From NCBI GenBank assembly GCA_001773695.1, contig MEXN01000007.1, positions 47,388 through 111,387 on the forward strand: a stretch of 64,000 nt of DNA. The letters run 5' to 3'. The notes under the pieces are model-generated. The model had not been told where the DNA came from, ran no database searches, and saw nothing but the letters and a program-made list of their open reading frames with translations. Below are positions 57,836 to 64,000 of the stretch, in pieces; the stretch's first letter is position 1; each line of letters opens with the position of its first letter. The translations under genes and the position numbers were made by a program. This DNA is from Candidatus Amesbacteria bacterium RIFCSPLOWO2_01_FULL_48_25 (GTDB lineage Bacteria > Patescibacteriota > Microgenomatia > CAZETR01 > Amesbacteraceae).

Positions 57836-58570
57836 TTACCAGCTGCTGGCGAGTTCGGTCATTAGACCGGAAAAATAACGCAGACAAGGGATGACATGGG
57901 GAAAGTTGAGGCGGCATGGGCCGACGACGGCTAACGACCCCCGGCGGGACCCGGAATCGTAATAAGTAAAAGCCATGCCCACCGGCTCAAAATACGGCCA
58001 GCCCAGTTCGGCGCCAAAGACAATATGAACAGGCTCGGGTCCATATGTTCGGCCAAAGAAGAGTTGGCGCAGACGTTGCTGTTGGTCAAGCATTGACAAC
58101 ACGGTGCGAGCAACGTCGATATCAAAAAACTCCGGCATGTCTAGGATATTGGCTACCCCGGAATAGTAGACGTCTCCTTGGTCGGTGGTAATTAAAGACA
58201 GGGCCTTGGTGCGGTCGGCCAAAGCGGCCGAGGTGTGGCGCAGGAGACGATCGTAATCCAGGCGAACGTCCCAGACTTGTTCTTTGGTAGCTACTTCTTC
58301 GGCCAAGGAAAGCTGTTTTTCCTGCATGAGATGGTCTACATAAAAGCGCAAGGCCTGGGGGGTGGGAATGCGGCCGGCAGAGGTGTGGGGTTGACGCAAA
58401 AAACCCATCTGAGTCAGCTCACCCATCTCGTTTCTAATGGTGGCCGGGGAGACGCCGAGGTTGTATTTCTTGTCCACCTGTTCGCTGGCTACCGGTTCGG
58501 CTGAGGTGATGTACTCGTCGATGATAGCTTTTAAAAGCTGGTTCTGGCGGGGGGTGAGATCCATGGACAT
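57836..58570 (-). CDS. hrcA: Heat-inducible repressor HrcA (short form)
   Basis: SPATIRNEM, QPHTSAGRIPT, VVGPCR. Confidence 0.95.
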   Translation of the reverse strand: MSMDLTPRQNQLLKAIIDEYITSAEPVASEQVDKKYNLGVSPATIRNEMGELTQMGFLRQPHTSAGRIPTPQALRFYVDHLMQEKQLSLAEEVATKEQVWDVRLDYDRLLRHTSAALADRTKALSLITTDQGDVYYSGVANILDMPEFFDIDVARTVLSMLDQQQRLRQLFFGRTYGPEPVHIVFGAELGWPYFEPVGMAFTYYDSGSRRGSLAVVGPCRLNFPHVIPCLRYFSGLMTELASSW

Positions 58571-58574
58571 AATA

Positions 58575-58611
58575 TTAGCAGAATGATAATAGGAGTGCTA
58601 ATAGTTGTCAA
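58575..58611 (-). promoter_or_regulatory. CIRCE overlapping sigma70 promoter of hrcA operon
   Basis: TTAGCAGAA-N9-GAGTGCTAA (58575-58601); TTGACA-17-TATCAT on minus strand. Confidence 0.9.
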
Positions 58612-58641
58612 GAGGCTCCCCCGGGAAGTACAATCTGGCAA

Positions 58642-59997
58642 ATGCAAAAAAAATCCGAAAACTGGTGGTCGATTGCGGGAGTGGTGGGGCTGGCATTGGC
58701 ACTACCAATATTCTTGCGGGGAATTAATTATTTGCAAAGACTGTGGGTGGGAGCCGAAGGAAGACTGGCGGCAATTTCAGTAAGCACAGAAAGAGAGCTG
58801 GGGCCGATGCCGGCTCCCTGGAAAGCTATGGCCCAGGGCGGATTTGAGGTGAAGAATTTTCTGGATGGAAACGAGGAAAAAATAAAATCGCTGGGACCAG
58901 AACAAATCAGGATCGACCATATATACGACCAGTTTGGTGTAGTGACGAGACGGGAGGGAAAGTTGGAATTTGATTGGTCTAATCTCGACAGGACGGTCGA
59001 TGGAATTTTGGCAGTTGGAGCCCAGCCGTTTTTGGTTTTATCTTATATGCCGGAAGCAATTGCTAAGGAACCCCCGAGCGGGGAAGACAAAACTTTGCAA
59101 GGCCCAGTAAATTGGGACGAGTGGGCAAATGTCGTTCAAAGGACGATTGAACACTATAGCGGTGAAAAGGGGTTGGGAAATGTGTACTACGAAGTGTGGA
59201 ATGAACCGGACTTATTCGGGAAGTGGAGAATGGGAGGGAGAAAAGATTACCGCCTTCTATATGCCTACTCTGCTCGGGGAGCGGCTGCGGCCCGGGGAGT
59301 CAGACCGTTTAAACTGGGAGGACCTGCGACGACGGGTTTATATAAGAACTGGACAGATCAATTTTTGGAATATGTGTTGAAAAATAGATTGCGGTTAGAC
59401 TTTTATTCTTGGCACAGGTATGAAAGAGGGGTGGAGAAATATACCGCCGATATTTCAAATATAGACGGCTGGTTGGACCGGCACCCTTATTTTTCTCAAG
59501 TAGAAAAAATTATCAGCGAGACGGCCTTGTCCAGCGAAAAAAATGGGGGGAATAACTCGAAAGTAGGGGCAGTTCAACTGATTGCTACGGCTCGAGAGCT
59601 TTTATACAAAGTAAGATATGGTTTCAATTTCTCTGTTGTGGGAGAGAGTTTTGGGATTTTGGGAACTCCACGGGAAAATGCCTTGAAAATGCTTTCACAA
59701 TTGGGACAGGCTAGATTACCAGTGGATGGGGAAGGAACTTGGGTGAGAGCAATCGCTGCCAAAAACAGGGACGGGGTGCAGGTGGTAATAGTAAATTATG
59801 ATCCCAAGGGAGAACATAGCGAGGTAGTGCCAGTGACTTTTTTGGGCTTGACCCCGGGAAAATATGTCATAAGGGAGATGTATTTGGGAGGAGTGGTGAC
59901 GACACGGGAGATGGCCACCGATGCGGCCATGTGGCAAAAAGAAATACCGATGACACCTAATAGTGCGGTATTGTTGGAGTTGGAACCTAAACTTTGA
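58642..59997 (+). CDS. Membrane-anchored GH39-like glycoside hydrolase
   Basis: N-terminal TM; YYEVWNEPD acid/base, GGPA, DFYSWHRY, IISE nucleophile. Confidence 0.85.
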   Translation: MQKKSENWWSIAGVVGLALALPIFLRGINYLQRLWVGAEGRLAAISVSTERELGPMPAPWKAMAQGGFEVKNFLDGNEEKIKSLGPEQIRIDHIYDQFGVVTRREGKLEFDWSNLDRTVDGILAVGAQPFLVLSYMPEAIAKEPPSGEDKTLQGPVNWDEWANVVQRTIEHYSGEKGLGNVYYEVWNEPDLFGKWRMGGRKDYRLLYAYSARGAAAARGVRPFKLGGPATTGLYKNWTDQFLEYVLKNRLRLDFYSWHRYERGVEKYTADISNIDGWLDRHPYFSQVEKIISETALSSEKNGGNNSKVGAVQLIATARELLYKVRYGFNFSVVGESFGILGTPRENALKMLSQLGQARLPVDGEGTWVRAIAAKNRDGVQVVIVNYDPKGEHSEVVPVTFLGLTPGKYVIREMYLGGVVTTREMATDAAMWQKEIPMTPNSAVLLELEPKL

Positions 59998-61768
59998 GAA
60001 TTGACAGGAAGGCCTCTTGGGGAATGTCAATCTTACCGAAACGGCGCATGCGAGCTTTACCTTTCTTTTGCTTTTTTAATAACTTGTCTTTTCTTGTCTG
60101 ATCGCCGCCAGACATTTTGGCCAGGACATCTTTACGAAACGACTTGAGATCTGCGCGAGCTATAATATGGCCGCCAATGGCTGCCTGGATACTGATTTCA
60201 AATTGCTGACGGGGAATAATATTTTTGAGACGTTCCACCAGATCGCGGGCAATATATGGAGATTGGAATCTGGGGACAATTTGAGAAAAAGCATCGACGC
60301 GATCGCCGCCAATCAAAATATCCAGCTTTACTAGATCCCCGGCTTTGAACTCGGCTACTTGGTAGTCGATAGTTGCATAGCCGGCTGAAGCACTTTTAAG
60401 TTGGTCATAAAAACCACGAATGAGCTCGACTAACGGTAAATTGTAACTGAGGTGAACGAGTTTGCCTTTGTAGGACATATCGATAAGTTCTCCCCTGTGA
60501 TTTTGACAAACTTGCATGACGGATCCCAGAAATTCCTGGGGTAAGAAAAGAGAAGCGTTGATGAACGGTTCGCGGATCTCTTTAATTGTTGAGGGGTCGG
60601 GTAGATCAGACGCCTTGGAAATAGTCTGTAGCTTATGGTTGGTAGTCGCTAGCTCGTAGGAGACGGATGGGGCGGCGGCAATCAGATTGAGGCCAAACTC
60701 GCGTTCGAGGCGCTCCTGAACTATATCCGCATGCAGTAGCCCCAACAGTCCCAAACGAAAGCCGTTACCCAGGGCTGGAGAAAACTCGGGGACATAAGTA
60801 AATGAGCTGTCCTGAAGGCGGAGTTTGGTTAGCGCGTCTCTAAAATTACTTATTTCGGCACCGTCGGTAGGATAAAAGCTGATAAACACGACGGGCTTTA
60901 GCGGTTGGTAACCAGGTAGTTGAGAGGAGGAGAAAGTATTGGAAAGTGTGTCGCCGATTTGGATTTGAGAGATGTCTTTAAGATTGGTGACCACATAGCC
61001 GACCTCGCCAGCGGATAATTTACCGGTAGGGGTTTTGGCGGGAGTGAAGACCCCGACTTCAATTGCCGAAACTAGGGTATTGGTAGCAAGCAAAAACAAC
61101 TTCTCTCCTGTTTTTATTTCTCCATCCACAATTCTAACCCAAGCTATTACTCCAAGGTGGGAATCAAAATTCGAATTAAAGACAAGGGCGCGAGTGGTTT
61201 GCGGCTGAAACCCGGGAGCTGGGACTTTATTGATTATGGTCTCCAGAAGTTCGGGGATACCGGCGCCAGTTTTGGCGGAGACGAGAAGAATAGAATCAAT
61301 GTCGAAATCTAAAATATCGTGCACTTGCTGTTTAGTCCCTTCGATATCGGCGGTTACTACGTCGATTTTGTTGATGACCGGGATAATCGTCAGGCTCAAT
61401 TTCTTGGCCTGGTTGTAATGGGCCAGGGTTTGGGCTTGAACCCCTTGGGTGGCATCGACTAACAAAATCGCACCTTCACAAGCGGCTAGAGAACGGTTGA
61501 CTTCATAAGAAAAGTCCACATGTCCCGGTGTGTCGATCAGGTTTAAGGTATAGGGTATATCGTATAACGTATAACGCATCCGTACCGGGGCGAGTTTGAT
61601 AGTAATCCCCCGCTCTCTTTCGATAGGGTTGCTATCTAGAAGTTGGTCCTGCATTTCTCGCTTGGAGACTGTGCCGGTTAGCTCCAGCATCCGGTCTGCC
61701 AGGGTGGATTTGCCGTGATCAACGTGGGCAATAATCGCGAAATTGCGGATGTTTCTGATATTTTGCAC
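59987..61768 (-). CDS. lepA: Elongation factor 4 (LepA)
   Basis: IRNFAIIAHVDHGKSTLADR, GFRLGLLGLLH, KKQKKGKARM. Confidence 0.98.
   Translation of the reverse strand: MQNIRNIRNFAIIAHVDHGKSTLADRMLELTGTVSKREMQDQLLDSNPIERERGITIKLAPVRMRYTLYDIPYTLNLIDTPGHVDFSYEVNRSLAACEGAILLVDATQGVQAQTLAHYNQAKKLSLTIIPVINKIDVVTADIEGTKQQVHDILDFDIDSILLVSAKTGAGIPELLETIINKVPAPGFQPQTTRALVFNSNFDSHLGVIAWVRIVDGEIKTGEKLFLLATNTLVSAIEVGVFTPAKTPTGKLSAGEVGYVVTNLKDISQIQIGDTLSNTFSSSQLPGYQPLKPVVFISFYPTDGAEISNFRDALTKLRLQDSSFTYVPEFSPALGNGFRLGLLGLLHADIVQERLEREFGLNLIAAAPSVSYELATTNHKLQTISKASDLPDPSTIKEIREPFINASLFLPQEFLGSVMQVCQNHRGELIDMSYKGKLVHLSYNLPLVELIRGFYDQLKSASAGYATIDYQVAEFKAGDLVKLDILIGGDRVDAFSQIVPRFQSPYIARDLVERLKNIIPRQQFEISIQAAIGGHIIARADLKSFRKDVLAKMSGGDQTRKDKLLKKQKKGKARMRRFGKIDIPQEAFLSILKV
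60622..60660. repeat. Degenerate 7-nt tandem repeat in-frame in lepA
   Basis: TAGTCTG TAGCTTA TGGTTGG TAGTCGC TAGCTCG, encoding ELATTNHKLQT. Confidence 0.7.
61548..61579. repeat. 7-nt tandem repeat (GTATANN)x4 in-frame in lepA
   Basis: GTATAGG GTATATC GTATAAC GTATAAC, encoding MRYTLYDIPYT. Confidence 0.85.
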
Positions 61769-61914
61769 TCTTTGATTTTATCAATTACTGGTATATATTA
61801 CGAATGTGGCTTATCCAAAAAACATTGAAAGTGTGGTAATCTGCTTAAGTATCTTGTGACTGCGTTGAAACAGTTGGTCAAGCGGGGTTGACTTGTTTTT
61901 TGGGGATTTATCGG

Positions 61915-62160
61915 CTACAGTTTCTCCATAGTCCACATGCGAATTAATTGAGTCACCCCCAACCCCCTTCTATGGGCCTTATAACGAAGTGTCTTCATGG
62001 AGTTTGAGTCGAATCGCACGTTAATTGTTTCAGAGAGGTTCTTAGCAAATCTAACCCTGACCGGTTTACCTTTTTTCCATGCTTTGTCAAAGTTCTTCTC
62101 CCAAAAACTCGCTTCTTTTTCCCTGTTTCTAAAAATAGCTTTGTTTGGTGCTTTATTCAT
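61915..62160 (-). CDS. BrnA/CopG-like antitoxin
   Basis: FRNREKEASFWE..., C-terminal RHH (INVRF...LIRMW); start MNKAPN overlaps toxin stop. Confidence 0.85.
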   Translation of the reverse strand: MNKAPNKAIFRNREKEASFWEKNFDKAWKKGKPVRVRFAKNLSETINVRFDSNSMKTLRYKAHRRGLGVTQLIRMWTMEKL

Positions 62161-62407
62161 AGTACGCAGTAATAACATAATAAATCCCACCGCCATACGG
62201 TTTAAGATTGGTGTCTTCCGGCGAAAGGATTATAGACAAATTTTTCCCGGTTTTAGTTTGGCCTTTGACCATGATTCTTTTGCGATAACTTTCTGTTGTT
62301 TGATGGTCGCCGTTGCAAACTTCTTCCACTTCTTCCGGGGTGATATGGTGTCGAGCTAGATGCTCCCGGTTCCAATCGTCCCAGACTAGGCTGTCTACCA
62401 CGAGCAT
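62153..62407 (-). CDS. BrnT-family ribonuclease toxin
   Basis: WDDWNREHLARHHITPEEVEEV, GQT..G, ITAY. Confidence 0.88.
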   Translation of the reverse strand: MLVVDSLVWDDWNREHLARHHITPEEVEEVCNGDHQTTESYRKRIMVKGQTKTGKNLSIILSPEDTNLKPYGGGIYYVITAYYE

Positions 62408-62423
62408 AATTAACTAGAATTAG

Positions 62424-62450
62424 TGTAGCACGTTGTGCTACAAAGTCAAT
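62424..62450 (-). promoter_or_regulatory. brnT promoter with inverted-repeat operator
   Basis: TGTAGCAC-GTT-GTGCTACA between TTGACT and TACACT. Confidence 0.8.
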
Positions 62451-62462
62451 GGGCGACTCATG

Positions 62463-62478
62463 GTCAAGTTAACTTGAC
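62463..62478. promoter_or_regulatory. Perfect 16-bp palindrome upstream of wHTH-NUDIX gene
   Basis: GTCAAGTTAACTTGAC overlapping a TTGACT -35. Confidence 0.7.
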
Positions 62479-62514
62479 TTGCTTTTGGGAATTTAGGACT
62501 TAGTATTGGTTTTA

Positions 62515-63225
62515 ATGAAACAGTTGCACGAGATCCAATTGCAGATACTTAAAAGGCTGCTTTTTGCCAACGAACTGAGATATGCACAGGTCAAACCTGA
62601 CCAGGGGATGGAAAATAACCAGTTTGATTTCCACTTGGATCAGCTAATCGACGGAGGATATGTGGCCAAGAAAGACAAGTCATATAAACTAACTAATTTT
62701 GGCAAGGAGTATGCCAACCGGATGGATACGGAAGAGGTGGTGGTGGCCAAACAATCAAAGATTTCAGCCTGGATTTGCTGTACAAGAGAAGGGAACAAAC
62801 AAAAACAATTTTTGATTTACACCAGACTAAAGCAGCCTTTTTACGGCTGCCAGGGATTTATGTCCGGTAAAGTTAGGTACGGCGAAAAAGTGGTTGATGC
62901 GGCCAGAAGAGAGTTAAAAGAAGAAACGGGTCTAGGGGGCGAGCCTCAAATAGTGAGTGTTAAACACTTTTTGGTGTATGACAAAACTACGAATGAGTTA
63001 GTGGAAGATAAAATCATGGTTCTATGTGTGGTAAAAAATCCTAAAGGCGATCTAAAACCCCATAACGAGGGATTATATCAATGGGTGGGTGAACCTGATC
63101 TACGAAAACATATTACAAATCCGTTCGAGCCGATTGATGAGTTTTTGAAATATCTATATGAGGCGAAAAAGTTTAAAGGAAAAGTTAGTTTTATAGAAAT
63201 AGAACATTGGACCAGTAAATTCTAG
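62515..63225 (+). CDS. Winged-HTH plus NUDIX hydrolase fusion
   Basis: N-terminal wHTH (FHLDQLIDGGYV..YKLT..G); Nudix box GKVRYGEKVVDAARRELKEETG. Confidence 0.88.
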   Translation: MKQLHEIQLQILKRLLFANELRYAQVKPDQGMENNQFDFHLDQLIDGGYVAKKDKSYKLTNFGKEYANRMDTEEVVVAKQSKISAWICCTREGNKQKQFLIYTRLKQPFYGCQGFMSGKVRYGEKVVDAARRELKEETGLGGEPQIVSVKHFLVYDKTTNELVEDKIMVLCVVKNPKGDLKPHNEGLYQWVGEPDLRKHITNPFEPIDEFLKYLYEAKKFKGKVSFIEIEHWTSKF

Positions 63226-63551
63226 AGTTCGCCTTGAATATTGTGTCTTACGGCCACTCCTAAAACCGCAAATTTGACCGCAAGATTAGAAACTGCCGCA
63301 ATTGCTGTGACCTCTGGCATATTAACCATGAGGCCAACCACACCAATGGGGATGGAGATTATATCAATACCGGCCAGGCCCATTCCTATGGACATGGCAT
63401 GAAGTTTGTCCCCTGTTGTCCTTTGGGGGAGAGTGAGGAGGGGTTTTCCATCCCTTTTTCTTCTTGTTACACCGTATGAGAAAGGGATGACATCAAGAAG
63501 GGCTGCGGCTGCGGTTTCGATCCAGGTTAGTCTGGGGTTTTCTGAGGCTAT
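63222..63551 (-). CDS. Hypothetical two-TM ORFan, apparent ATA start
   Basis: TAGAAT-7 nt-ATA GCC TCA GAA; the longer track ORF overlaps murJ and is unlikely. Confidence 0.55.
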   Translation of the reverse strand: MASENPRLTWIETAAAALLDVIPFSYGVTRRKRDGKPLLTLPQRTTGDKLHAMSIGMGLAGIDIISIPIGVVGLMVNMPEVTAIAAVSNLAVKFAVLGVAVRHNIQGEL

Positions 63552-63592
63552 ATGGGTAATTCTACTCTTTTCGAGTGGGATTTTCCACAGAG

Positions 63593-64000
63593 TCAGTTTT
63601 GGTCCGGGGCGGGGAGGATGACGGGTTCGGTGGGAGTTTCCTGGGGGGACGAAAGGAGTTTGCGCCAAGTCCAGACCCGCCGACCGAGTTCGATAAATGT
63701 CACCAGTTCTGGAATTTTAAACAAGTACGCCAAAAGACCATAAACGGTCATGCCAATGAAACTGGTGGTCATTGTCAGGAATAATAAGGGGAAGGTGCGG
63801 GTGGTATCGAACACGAATTGATCCAAAAGGCGCATGGGGATCCACAAAAAGATTCCGGCTACAAAACTTATGAAGATCATCTTGGCTAATGACTTGAAAA
63901 TGATGCTTTCCAAAGGACGGGAAGTGCCGAGACGAACTTCTAGGGCGATGGCTAAGGCAAAGCATTCGATAATGTTGGTTATGGTAATGGCAGTGGCAAT
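63593..64000 (-). CDS. murJ: Lipid II flippase MurJ, C-terminal part (5' end off window)
   Basis: Open frame to window edge: IATAITITNIIEC..., multiple TMs, FDTTRT, YLFKIPE resembling the MurJ C-terminus. Confidence 0.65.
   Translation of the reverse strand: MATAITITNIIECFALAIALEVRLGTSRPLESIIFKSLAKMIFISFVAGIFLWIPMRLLDQFVFDTTRTFPLLFLTMTTSFIGMTVYGLLAYLFKIPELVTFIELGRRVWTWRKLLSSPQETPTEPVILPAPDQN

Noticed and set aside
13421..61579. CRISPR array or DGR template/variable repeats
   Set aside because: No regularly spaced 25-45-nt repeats with spacers, no cas or reverse transcriptase gene, and mismatches between duplicated segments are not adenine-specific
61804..61839. 11-codon ORF MWLIQKTLKVW upstream of lepA as a leader peptide
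   Set aside because: It points away from lepA toward a convergent gene end, and no attenuator structure is visible
71..63965. Numerous antisense or alternate-frame ORFs in the track (e.g. 567-965, 5716-6393, 37676-38272, 50787-51380)
   Set aside because: They overlap well-identified conserved genes and have no recognisable motifs; they are shadow ORFs

Overview
64-kb core-genome segment of a Patescibacteria (CPR) bacterium, most likely Microgenomates. Supporting signs are no rpmD/uL30 in the spc operon, a shortened AlaRS, IF-2 and uL2, mostly leaderless SD-less genes, and code 11. It holds recX-recA, tRNA-Pro(GGG), rpoBC, most ribosomal-protein operons, mltG-ruvX-sortase, alaS, ftsK, rnj, pnp, infB-nusA, hrcA-grpE-dnaK/dnaJ, lepA, a partial murJ and two toxin-antitoxin pairs. 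Main observations: (1) small ORFan 'cassettes' are stacked behind conserved genes and separated by diverged duplicates of the host gene's 3' end and/or the downstream promoter (DHH-rpsO, dnaK, rnj-ftsK), with no integrase in the window and with distal cassettes decaying; (2) many different 7-nt tandem repeats sharing an RYYA core, plus two REP-like palindrome families, are written in-frame into essential proteins; (3) the ~17-kb fusA-rpsK block appears removed from between rpsG and rpsD and lies inverted between dnaK and dnaJ; (4) there is a protease-less, N-domain-less Lon ATPase, a pacifastin/VWC-like secreted protein, and several candidate leader RNAs. All calls come from reading the sequence and ORF translations; no database searches were run.
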